DNA of 61,397 nucleotides, the filler included. It is 6 parts of 6 records of this genome, joined end to end, with 100 filler letters (N's around TTAATTAATTAA, not from the genome) between each part and the next. Parts side by side here need not be neighbours in the genome. Positions count along the whole stretch, not along the records: positions 1 to 21,247 come from DRR723986_12509; 5 more parts are not named here. One strand, 5' to 3'. The translations under genes and the position numbers were made by a program. The notes under the pieces were generated by a model. That model was not told where the DNA came from. It did not search any database and saw only the letters and a list, made by a program, of their open reading frames with translations. Below, piece by piece: positions 10,000 to 19,093 of the stretch. Position 1 is the stretch's first letter, and every line of letters starts with the position of its first letter.

Positions 10000-10706
10000 A
10001 ACTCCATATGCATGCCGAACCGGTCCGGATCGAGCACACTTTCAACAAATTCAATAACGCTTCCGTCTTCGGCCCGTGTGATCCGGCGCAGGCGCATCAT
10101 CGGTTGTCCCGCTGCGCGCTGCATCACCAGCGCGTCCACTTTCGGCAGGGATGGGATGACCCCGACCCATTCTTCGCCGCTGCGGGTGATCAGTCCGGAA
10201 TTGACCAGCGTCTGGTTGAGCGAGTCCTCTTCCAACCCGCTTTCCATGATCACAGAGTAGGCATCCCGCCAGGGCAGCCGACTGCGTTCGAGCGAAATTC
10301 CCTGATTGCTTTCATTGCAATAGCGCAGGCGGTCGATGCAGAGGTAGGTCTGCTGCGTCCCGAGGACGTCATCGGCAATCGTACAGGTGCCCTGCCGGAT
10401 GCCTAACATCCGGGTTTCGATATTGCGGCTGCCTTGCGACAGCGCCAAGGTCCAGCCCAGACTGCTGTCAATCAGCTCTCCGCCATAGGTCACAAACGAA
10501 CCCATGCCCTTGCGGGTCGTGATCAGTCCTTGGCGAACAAGTGTCTCCAAGCCCTTACGCACCGTGTTCCGGCTCACGGAGAAGCGGCGCATTAGAGTGC
10601 TCTCGCTCTCTAGTTGATCGCCATGCGGCAAGCGCCCTTCACGGATGTCCTGCTCCAAAGTGCGGGCCACGCGCTCAGCCTTTGGTACACCTACGTCACC
10701 CTTCAT
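9996..10706 (-). CDS. GntR/HutC-family regulator with UTRA domain (YegW-like)
   Basis: SESTLMRRFSVSRNTVRK HTH, G.GSFV and a C-terminal UTRA-like domain; start MKGDVG at 10706 inferred. Confidence 0.9.
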   Translation of the reverse strand: MKGDVGVPKAERVARTLEQDIREGRLPHGDQLESESTLMRRFSVSRNTVRKGLETLVRQGLITTRKGMGSFVTYGGELIDSSLGWTLALSQGSRNIETRMLGIRQGTCTIADDVLGTQQTYLCIDRLRYCNESNQGISLERSRLPWRDAYSVIMESGLEEDSLNQTLVNSGLITRSGEEWVGVIPSLPKVDALVMQRAAGQPMMRLRRITRAEDGSVIEFVESVLDPDRFGMHMEF

Positions 10707-11371
10707 GATGCCTCCGTCACGGATTCTGTACCTACTTGTACCATCTTCGCAAGACCGCCTGTCAATAGGTATTCCAATACGCGCTGCTTTCCCCCTGATA
10801 TTCAGCAATTATCCGGAAATATCTCTGTCGATCCGGCACGACCTTAGGCAATCTATTCCTACATATACCAAATCTAGGTAAGTAATCGCCCCCAACAGGC
10901 TAAGTTTGTCAGTCATAAATTGGTTCGAGGGGGAAAAGTCACGCGCTGCACAAATGGCCGCAATGCGAAAGCCGCGCTGCGGCAGTGATTGGCACAAGGA
11001 CTGACCGCAAAGAACCGCCCCTTCCCCTCACTGCCGTCAGCTCACCACAACTTTGCAAATGGGGCTTTCGGCCCAGAGCTGCCGCTCGAATCGTCCCGCT
11101 AGCGTGGATTAGATGGCGGAACTGTCCAATGACGGGTGACAGCCCAAAGCGGTCACGATCGAAGCTATCAAAGAATGTTGGTTGCCTTCACAACAGTGAT
11201 GACTCTCAAGATTCACCACGGATGCATGTATGGCCGCATTTTAAGATCGCACACCCTGGCTTGATAAGAATTATTTGCTCTTTCTGGTTCGGATGAGAGC
11301 GTTTTTTTGTTCAAGAGACAGGTCTGGACTGCCCATGCCAAAACACAGGCAGCCCAACAATAACGATCAAA

Positions 11372-11719
11372 TCAAGTGTCGCAGGCTGCTGTTACAATGA
11401 TCTCAACTCTGAGTTCTTTGCGTGCCAGTTTTGCCTCTCCGCAGGCGCGAGCCGGAGCGGAACCCTCAGGAACCCAAGCGTCCCAAACGGCGTTCATTTC
11501 GGCAAAATCGCTCATGTCTGAAAGCCAGATGGTCGCCTGCAGGATCCGGTCGTTCGAGGAACCTGCCTTGGCCAAAAGTGCCTCAATTCGAGAAATGCAG
11601 TCACGGGTCTGGCCAGCGACAGTGTCACCGGCGCCAACCTGTCCGCAAAGGTAAGCAACGCCATTGTGCTTAACGATCTTGCTCATGCGCTCGCCGGTTT
11701 CAATACGGGTGATAGTCAT
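11372..11719 (-). CDS. RidA-superfamily imine deaminase (YoaB-like)
   Basis: YLCGQV, MNAVWDAW…APARAC and VEIIVTA; 115 aa. Confidence 0.9.
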   Translation of the reverse strand: MTITRIETGERMSKIVKHNGVAYLCGQVGAGDTVAGQTRDCISRIEALLAKAGSSNDRILQATIWLSDMSDFAEMNAVWDAWVPEGSAPARACGEAKLARKELRVEIIVTAACDT

Positions 11720-11734
11720 GTTTTTTCCATTCTT

Positions 11735-12850
11735 TCAGAGAGTTTTGCGATCAAAGCGGTCAATGCGAAATGCACTGAGATCAAAATCTGTTTTACCCGT
11801 TAGCACGAGGTCAGACATGACGTTTCCGACAATCGGGCCCATCTGGAACCCATGCGCCGAAAAGCCAAACGCGTGAAAGGCGTTTTCTACATTTACGGCT
11901 GGGCTGATGACAGGCAAATTGTCCGGCATATAAGCCTCCAGCCCGGCCCACATTCGGTTGATAGAGGCGCTGCGCATAATGGGGAAAAACTCGACCGTGG
12001 TCTTGGCGGCACGCGCCAGTTTGGCATAATCCAGCCGTGTTGTGTTGTTCGCGCGGTCCGCAAACCCCTTGGCACCGCCACCGATCAGAACCGTGCCATT
12101 TTCGAACTGTTTGAAACTAAGCTGCCGACTGACCGCGCCGACGACGGGTCCAGCAAAACGCGGCAGGCGCGCAGTGATCATCAGCATTGGCGCAGCATGG
12201 CTAAGCGGAACATTGTCGCCAATCCGCATGGCGACCTGATCTGCCCAGGCACCGGCACAATTGACTACGGTTGCCGCCTCATAGGTCTGGTCTTGTGTTT
12301 GGGCAATCCAGACTGGGCCGACCTGTCGTAGCTGGTGGAGCTCTTGTCCTTCACAGAACTGCGCTCCAAACCGCATCGCGGCTCGGCGAAAGGCATTTGT
12401 CGCCTGATAGGGCAATGCATAACCATCCATATCTGAGACCGCGCCGCCAACGCACGATGCCTGCACATGCGGTAGGACCTCGCGCAGTTCCGCTTGATCA
12501 ATGATCCGCTCATGACTGTAACCCAAGGCCTGCATTTTTGTTTCGCGCGCCTTCAAGGTCCCGATATCAGCCTCGTCCACTGCAATGTTGACCAAGGTTT
12601 TTCGGCGAAACCCTGTGTCTTCTTCCAAGATGTCGTCGAGCGTCTGCCACATCTCCATCGAGGCTTTGGAGAGAGGCACTTCAGCCAGATCTCGTCCCAG
12701 CAGGCGGACACCCCCCGCATTCACGCCAGATGCATGTCGGGCGATATAATCTTTTTCCAGCACGATCACCGATGCGCCATTTTCGGCGAGATGATAGGCG
12801 GTCGAACAGCCTTGCAGGCCTCCCCCAATAATCAAGACATCAGCATTCAT
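11735..12850 (-). CDS. FAD-dependent oxidoreductase, DAO family (OoxB/HcnC-like subunit)
   Basis: IIGGGLQG, ASGVNAGGVR, WAG…PD.LP and FSAHGFQMGP. Confidence 0.88.
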   Translation of the reverse strand: MNADVLIIGGGLQGCSTAYHLAENGASVIVLEKDYIARHASGVNAGGVRLLGRDLAEVPLSKASMEMWQTLDDILEEDTGFRRKTLVNIAVDEADIGTLKARETKMQALGYSHERIIDQAELREVLPHVQASCVGGAVSDMDGYALPYQATNAFRRAAMRFGAQFCEGQELHQLRQVGPVWIAQTQDQTYEAATVVNCAGAWADQVAMRIGDNVPLSHAAPMLMITARLPRFAGPVVGAVSRQLSFKQFENGTVLIGGGAKGFADRANNTTRLDYAKLARAAKTTVEFFPIMRSASINRMWAGLEAYMPDNLPVISPAVNVENAFHAFGFSAHGFQMGPIVGNVMSDLVLTGKTDFDLSAFRIDRFDRKTL

Positions 12851-14241
12851 TCTGCGGCCTCCGAGCTTTCTGTCTGAAAGCGGCTGAGCTCTTCGAGACT
12901 AAGCAGGCGTTGAGGGCTTCGCAGGCGATAATACCCGACTTGGGCTTCCGGCTCTTGACGCCAGTCGGCCAATAGACTGCTGACAATTGGGCCGCATTGC
13001 CGCCCCTGACACGGCCCCATGCCGCAACGGGTCAAGGACTTTAGGGCATTGGGATCACGCGCACCTTGGTCAAAGCCGTCTTTCAGATCTTTCAGGCTGC
13101 GCTCCTCGCAACGGCAGACAATAGTGTCCATTTGTTGTGGCAGGCAAAGGCTTTTGCTCGGGCCATAAAGCTGGTCAATGAAACGACGAAAGGGGGCCAT
13201 CTTGGCAAGGGTGGCACGGTCCTTTCGGGCTCTAAGATTGCGCGTTTCAATCGTGAGCCGCCCCAGTCGTGTAAGGATATTCAGCGCTGACAGCCGCCCG
13301 GCTGATTGCGCAGCATCTGCGCCAGTGATACCGGCGCCGTCACCCGCGACCGAGACATGAGCGACCGAGCTTTGCCCCCAAACATCAGTCTGAACCTGCC
13401 AACAGTGCTGGGCTGGGTTCCAGATATGGCTGAGCCCCATCGAACGTGACATATTGCTGTGGGGGATCACTCCGTGATGCAGGAAAACATGTTCACTCAG
13501 AACGCGCTGTTGCCCCTTTTGGCAGTCAAACTCCAGGCCACTGGCTTTGCCCTTGCCCAGGACGCGCAGATTGCTGGCTCCCCGAAAAACGGGAATGCCG
13601 GACGAGACGATTTCGCGCATCAATCCCAAACCTTTGCGCAGCATAGGCCAGGAACGCAAGGCGCCGGGGGCTTTGGGCAGAGATGTCAGATAGTTGCGGT
13701 GGGGGGTGGTATCGATCAAGGCCGCGACCTTGACGCCAAGGCGCAGATACTGGGCGGTGATCAAATAAAGCAAGGGACCAGAGCCCGCAAAGATAGCGTT
13801 TTCCGCGACAACCGCATCCGATTTCAACATGACCTGTGCGGCCCCTGCGGTCATGACACCGGGCAGGGTCCAGCCGGGGATCGGCATTGGGCGTTCCATC
13901 GCGCCAGTGCAAAGCAGAATTTCGCGTGTTTGAACCTGTTGGGGAATGCCATCCTTTGAAAACAGAATGGTTCCGTCCTCGCCCACATGCCAGACATCGG
14001 CCTCGTTTTGATGCTCTGCACTGCAGGCTTTAAAACGCGTGATCAGACTGGACCCATCCGTGTAATCCGGACCAAGCGCACCGGCATCCGGCAGCGGGCT
14101 GTTTGCAGCTGATCGAAAGATCTGGCCACCGGCACGGGGCGCGCGGTCCAGAACGAGGATCCGTACACCGGCGTCGGCCAGTGTGATAGCGGCACTCATT
14201 CCAGCTGGACCAGCACCAATGATGACACAGTCATAGGTCAT
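12847..14241 (-). CDS. FAD/NAD(P) oxidoreductase with C-terminal BFD-like [2Fe-2S] domain (OoxA/HcnB-like)
   Basis: IGAGPAG, TGAMERP.PIPGWTLPGV and VCRCEE…TRCGMGPCQGRQC. Confidence 0.9.
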   Translation of the reverse strand: MTYDCVIIGAGPAGMSAAITLADAGVRILVLDRAPRAGGQIFRSAANSPLPDAGALGPDYTDGSSLITRFKACSAEHQNEADVWHVGEDGTILFSKDGIPQQVQTREILLCTGAMERPMPIPGWTLPGVMTAGAAQVMLKSDAVVAENAIFAGSGPLLYLITAQYLRLGVKVAALIDTTPHRNYLTSLPKAPGALRSWPMLRKGLGLMREIVSSGIPVFRGASNLRVLGKGKASGLEFDCQKGQQRVLSEHVFLHHGVIPHSNMSRSMGLSHIWNPAQHCWQVQTDVWGQSSVAHVSVAGDGAGITGADAAQSAGRLSALNILTRLGRLTIETRNLRARKDRATLAKMAPFRRFIDQLYGPSKSLCLPQQMDTIVCRCEERSLKDLKDGFDQGARDPNALKSLTRCGMGPCQGRQCGPIVSSLLADWRQEPEAQVGYYRLRSPQRLLSLEELSRFQTESSEAAE

Positions 14242-14555
14242 TCAGAGATGCCTCCTAGCGGGGCTCGGGATGTTTCGGTGATATCTTGTGTTCGAATGTC
14301 CATTCCTTCGCTGACGCGGCGCAAACAGGCTTGTTGGTTGGGGGTTCCATCAATCTGAACGAGGCATTCAAAGCAAACACCCATCGCACAAAACGCGCTG
14401 CGGTCTTCGCCTGACAGGGCTGCCTTGCGGGTCGTTTCCTGTCCGGCCAAGGCCATAGTTGTCCAAACGGACTGACCCTCTGGCGCAATCACGGGTTGGT
14501 TGTTTACGGTCACGGTCACCGTTTTCGAAGGCGTTGAGCAGAGCGATGAAAACAT
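14238..14555 (-). CDS. Small [2Fe-2S] subunit (HcnA-like)
   Basis: FCAMGVCFEC…QQAC Cys pattern; overlaps the start of the next gene by 4 nt. Confidence 0.88.
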   Translation of the reverse strand: MFSSLCSTPSKTVTVTVNNQPVIAPEGQSVWTTMALAGQETTRKAALSGEDRSAFCAMGVCFECLVQIDGTPNQQACLRRVSEGMDIRTQDITETSRAPLGGISE

Positions 14556-14678
14556 GTGGGGGATCCTTGGAAAGGCCGGCGGACTGCACGGCAGACAAGA
14601 AATTTAAACGGACAAGAAGATGAAACAGGGCGCCAAAAAAAGTGGCCGCCCTGCCCCGTGTCGCGCAGTGGGGAGAAA

Positions 14679-15671
14679 TTACTGCGCGATTTTGTCGAGG
14701 ATCGACTGACCCCATTCCTGACCAACATCTTCCAGAACTTGTGGCCAAACCTGGGCACGCACATGGGCGGCGGTTTTGGCCAACTCATCATCGGTTAGGG
14801 AAACAATCTTGGCGCCATGGTCGGCAAGTTTTTGTTCAAACGCGCCCTGATCCGCTTCGGCGGTTGTCCAGCGGGTGGCTTCAAAATCAAGCGCGGCGGC
14901 TTCCAGTGCCGCACGATCACTATCGCTCAGCTCGGCCAGAGAGCCGGAGTTGATGATCATGTACCAGACTTCAAAGTGGGTGTTCACAGGAACATAGGCG
15001 CTGGTCACATCCCGGAACGAGGCATAGTAGCCTTCGGCACCGGACCCAACAACACCGTCAACCACACCGGTCTGAACGGCGGTGAAGGCTTCGGAGAACG
15101 GAATGGGCGAGCTGATGTAGCCAAGCGCATCTGCGGTCAACTGAAAGCTCTTGATGCCGGGGACGCGCACCTTGATGCCTTTGGCGGCCATCGGATCCCC
15201 GGGGGAAACCGGATCAGTGTGCAGTGCTACGCCACCAAAATAGACGGGATAAGCCGCCAGCATGGTGATGTCCTGCTTGGCATACAGATCTTTCATCGCA
15301 CCGTGGATAGCGCCGCCGGGGCCATAGATCGCTTTGGCCTCTGACCAGTTGGCCGCAACATAGGGAAAGGCGCTGATCTGCATGCGGCGGTCAACGGCAG
15401 TGGCTGCGGGCTGGACCGCCATATCAATGGCTCCAACCGAGATGCGCTCTTGTACAGAAGTGTAATCGCCCAAAGCAGAGGCGGGGAACAGGTTCAGATC
15501 AAGCGACCCATCCGTGGCGGCAGATACCGTTTCAGCAAAGGCGCGTAGCTCATTGTCGATGGTTGCGCCCTGTGGGCGGATATGGCTGAGCTTCAAAGTG
15601 TCCGCTGTCGCAACGCCAGCTGTAGCCAGAACAGCAGCCGCAAGGCAGGTTGATTTCAGGAAATTCATCAT
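14679..15671 (-). CDS. dctP: TRAP transporter substrate-binding protein DctP
   Basis: Signal peptide, FPASALG, KGIKVRVP and SEAFTAVQTGVVDG. Confidence 0.9.
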   Translation of the reverse strand: MMNFLKSTCLAAAVLATAGVATADTLKLSHIRPQGATIDNELRAFAETVSAATDGSLDLNLFPASALGDYTSVQERISVGAIDMAVQPAATAVDRRMQISAFPYVAANWSEAKAIYGPGGAIHGAMKDLYAKQDITMLAAYPVYFGGVALHTDPVSPGDPMAAKGIKVRVPGIKSFQLTADALGYISSPIPFSEAFTAVQTGVVDGVVGSGAEGYYASFRDVTSAYVPVNTHFEVWYMIINSGSLAELSDSDRAALEAAALDFEATRWTTAEADQGAFEQKLADHGAKIVSLTDDELAKTAAHVRAQVWPQVLEDVGQEWGQSILDKIAQ

Positions 15672-15712
15672 AGGTTGGTCTCCTCCAAGAGTTGTGATGA
15701 TGTGAGCGGGGT

Positions 15713-17011
15713 TTAGTATCCAAAGTAGCGGGGCAGCCCGAGCGACAGGTCCGGCCAGAAGCTGGTCAGGAAGACGACGGGGAGGTAGCCCAGCAGGATC
15801 AGGGTCATGGCGGGGCGGATCACTTTGGTGACCGGCACTTTGCCGATGCGGGCGCCGAGATACAGGATCGAGGCATAAGGGGGTGTAACTCCGCCCATGG
15901 CCGTGTTGACGCCCATGATGGCGGCAAACTGGACTGGGCTGACCCCGATGGCCTGCATCAGCGGCAGCAATAGCGGCGCGATAAGGATGATGGCGGTCAC
16001 ATCGTTGACGACCATCCCGACAAGAAACAGCAGGACATTGATCAGGATCAGCAGGATCATCTTGTTGTCGGTGATCGAGAAAATCGCTTCGACCAGCGCC
16101 TGAGGGATGCTTTCCAGAACAAACATCTGGCTCAGGATCATCGAGAACAGGATCATCAACATGATCGCGCCGACTGATGTCGCGGCTTCTCGCCCGGCCC
16201 CTAGAAATGTCCGGATGTCCAAACCGCGGTAGATCAGAAAACCGACGGGAATTGCATAGATCACAGCAACAGCAGCGGCTTCGGTCGGGGTCATGATGCC
16301 ACCATAGATGCCGCCAAGAATGATCACCGGCATCAGCAGTGCTGGAGTGGCTTTGAAACCCCGGCTGCTGGCTTCGGCGACAAAGGCTGCCCCTTTGGGC
16401 GGCTCATTCAGCTTTAGGGGAAACTTGCGCGCCATACGGATGTTCACCAGCGAAAAGCTGAGCATAATCAACAGGCCGGGGCCGAGGGTTGCCAGGAAAC
16501 AAGCAAGGATCGAGGTATCCGTCACCCAACCATAAACGATCATGGTTACTGAGGGCGGGATGAGCAGACCCAGAAGTGAGGCATTGGCGATCAGCGCCGT
16601 AGCGTATTCCCTTGGGTAACCCTGTTTCTCCATCTCTGGGATTAGCAATGGGCCGATGGCTGCAACGCCGGTCAAACCCGAGCCTGAGATCGCACCAATC
16701 AGGGCGCAAGACACGGTCGCCACGACCCCCAGTCCACCACGCAGATGGCCGATGAAAATATTCACAAAGTTCAACAAGGAAGCCGCAATGCCAGAGACAC
16801 TCATGATAGTGCCAGCAAGAACGAATAGCGGAATAGCCAAAAGCACCGGGTTGCCCAGTTGCTGGAACCCCCAAAGGACGTTGCCCTTCATGACCACATC
16901 ACCAAGGTAATACATCACCATCAGGCCTGCGCCGAAACAATAGGGCAGCGGTACGCCTAGGGTCAGTAAGACAACCAGAATAAGTACCGCGAGAAGAGCG
17001 ATTTCAATCAT
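15713..17011 (-). CDS. dctM: TRAP transporter large permease DctM
   Basis: LLAIPLFVLAG, LIPPS, TPTEAA and TPP motifs; start MIEIAL at 17011. Confidence 0.93.
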   Translation of the reverse strand: MIEIALLAVLILVVLLTLGVPLPYCFGAGLMVMYYLGDVVMKGNVLWGFQQLGNPVLLAIPLFVLAGTIMSVSGIAASLLNFVNIFIGHLRGGLGVVATVSCALIGAISGSGLTGVAAIGPLLIPEMEKQGYPREYATALIANASLLGLLIPPSVTMIVYGWVTDTSILACFLATLGPGLLIMLSFSLVNIRMARKFPLKLNEPPKGAAFVAEASSRGFKATPALLMPVIILGGIYGGIMTPTEAAAVAVIYAIPVGFLIYRGLDIRTFLGAGREAATSVGAIMLMILFSMILSQMFVLESIPQALVEAIFSITDNKMILLILINVLLFLVGMVVNDVTAIILIAPLLLPLMQAIGVSPVQFAAIMGVNTAMGGVTPPYASILYLGARIGKVPVTKVIRPAMTLILLGYLPVVFLTSFWPDLSLGLPRYFGY

Positions 17012-17480
17012 CAAAACGGTCCTTTGCAAAAATGGTGCGCAGATGGGTTAGCAGGTGACCGGCCGTGAAAAGCATCATCAGGACAAGGCCAATAACCAAA
17101 GAGCAATCGACCCAGAAGGTGGGCAGATACAGCGTGGGGCTTTCGCGCCAGACACGCAGAGAATACTTGGCGAAATCCCACGCCCAGTAGGTGAGCCACA
17201 TGCTGATGATTAGGCTGATGACCTCACCTATCGCCGCCAAAATCTGATGCTGGCGTTCGGTTGTGAGGAAAATCTCCAGCACATTGGCGCGGATGTGCGT
17301 GTTCTCGCGTGAGGCATTGACGGAGCCCAGAACATAAAGCCACAGGGTTGGGAACAGCAGGCTCTCTTCCAATCCCATGACCGGGATTTCTAGGACATAT
17401 CTGGTGATGACCTGAACAAATTGCCCCAATGCGACAACGCAAATCAGGACCGTTAGCAGGATGCTGGCAAAGCGCGTCAT
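17004..17480 (-). CDS. dctQ: TRAP transporter small permease DctQ
   Basis: QVITRY…EE and HIR motifs, four TM segments; start MTRFAS at 17480. Confidence 0.88.
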   Translation of the reverse strand: MTRFASILLTVLICVVALGQFVQVITRYVLEIPVMGLEESLLFPTLWLYVLGSVNASRENTHIRANVLEIFLTTERQHQILAAIGEVISLIISMWLTYWAWDFAKYSLRVWRESPTLYLPTFWVDCSLVIGLVLMMLFTAGHLLTHLRTIFAKDRFDD

Positions 17481-17624
17481 GAACCCCTCCGACGTAGCGC
17501 AAGATTGTCCTGCGCTGGCCGGTAAAGGGTTGCGATGACAAGGCATTAAGTCAAAACGAATATATTGATAGATAAATAGAGTTGCTTTATGCCATGTAAA
17601 GAAACCTAGGAAAATCAACCCACC

Positions 17625-18539
17625 ATGAACCTAAGCTTTCGCCAACTTCAGGCCTTTCGAGAGGTCATGCGCACCGGATCCGTCTCCGAGGCGGCCCGAA
17701 TCCTTGGCCGGACTCAGCCAGCGGCCAGCGCCCTGATTGCAAATTTAGAAGCCGAGCTTGGCTTGTCCCTGTTCCGGCGCCAACGCGGAAAGATGGTGCC
17801 AACGCCAGAGGCCCGCTATTTTGTTACGGAAGCCGAAGCGATCCTTGATCGACTGGCGCTATCGACCCGCACGATGCGCGAAATCGGAGAGTTGTCTCAG
17901 GGGCGTCTCAAAATTGCCTGCATGCCGGCCGCCTCACAGGTGATGATGCCGCAACTCGTGTCGGAGTTCTTGAAGGACAAACCAGACGTCAAGGTGTCGC
18001 TAATGATGCGAGCCTCATCCGTTATTGAAGAGTGGATTTCATCGCAACAATACGACATCGGGCTGTCTGAAACGCCGACAGGATCAGGCGCACTCGATAC
18101 AGAGGATTTCCAACTGGCCTGCGTCTGTGCGCTCCCAGCAAATGATCCATTGGCCAAAAATGAAGAAGTAACCGCTGCAGATTTAAATGGCTTTCCTATG
18201 GCTGCCCTCCAAGAGGGGCATCCAAACCTCATCGACACCCAGCGGGCTTTTGCTGCTCAAAAATCTGATTTTGTTCAGAGATTTGAATTGAGAAACTTTC
18301 ATCCAGCCATGACCCTGGTTGAGAACAATCTGTGCTATTGCATCTGCGATCCGATTACGGCCGCCGGCTACATAAAGGCGCGCCCGGAACCTCACCCCAT
18401 CGTGTTCCGAAAATTCAATCCACGCGTGGTTCTGAGGGTTTCGATCTTGCAGCCTTCACACCGCCCCCCTTCAACCTTGGCCACAAGCTTCGCTGAACGT
18501 CTGAGCCAAGATCTACGTCAAATTCAGGAGCTGTTCTAA
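17625..18539 (+). CDS. LysR-family regulator, divergent from the TRAP/oxidase operon
   Basis: FREVMRTGSVSEAA…TQPAAS…LF.R HTH. Confidence 0.93.
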   Translation: MNLSFRQLQAFREVMRTGSVSEAARILGRTQPAASALIANLEAELGLSLFRRQRGKMVPTPEARYFVTEAEAILDRLALSTRTMREIGELSQGRLKIACMPAASQVMMPQLVSEFLKDKPDVKVSLMMRASSVIEEWISSQQYDIGLSETPTGSGALDTEDFQLACVCALPANDPLAKNEEVTAADLNGFPMAALQEGHPNLIDTQRAFAAQKSDFVQRFELRNFHPAMTLVENNLCYCICDPITAAGYIKARPEPHPIVFRKFNPRVVLRVSILQPSHRPPSTLATSFAERLSQDLRQIQELF

Positions 18540-19093
18540 AAAGGTGACTCACAGGAGTGAGAGATCTCCCATGCTGATGCCACCGAAGCCAAGGGGCCAA
18601 GGTCAACATCTCGTGCCGACTGTACCGTGTCTTCAAATTTACAAAGCTGCACTCTGGTATTGATGCTCAATGTCCCAATTGGGGTTCATAAAGCAGACCT
18701 TACCCAATACACCTCAAAACATCAAAATTGGCCGTTAACCCATTATTGTGGCACTCTTGGCCTCCGACTTTGCAAAGATCACAATCTGCGCAAAGCAGTC
18801 ATCCCCATTGGATGGCAGCAGGCCGCCCAAAGCGGACACGATCCACGAAGCTGCGCCACTACCACTGCCCGCACAGGGAGGGCGGGAAGGAGACGTTCGC
18901 TGCGACTGCACCTAGATGACGATTGATCCGTTAAGCAGACATGCACGCGGTAGCTACATTAAGTTTGTTAGCAGCTCCGTATATAGGTTCTGACTGTATG
19001 GAGAACAAAGAACTGGTAGCCCCTTAGTAGGGATTGAACAATGGGTGGTTTCGTGCGCAACTTTCCTATGGGTTGAACATTTGAGCGGTTTGT

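Noticed and set aside
11735-14555. Calling the cluster hcnABC (cyanide synthase)
   Set aside because: The architecture is shared with opine and D-amino-acid oxidases, and the TRAP/Rid context favours catabolism; no symbol assigned.
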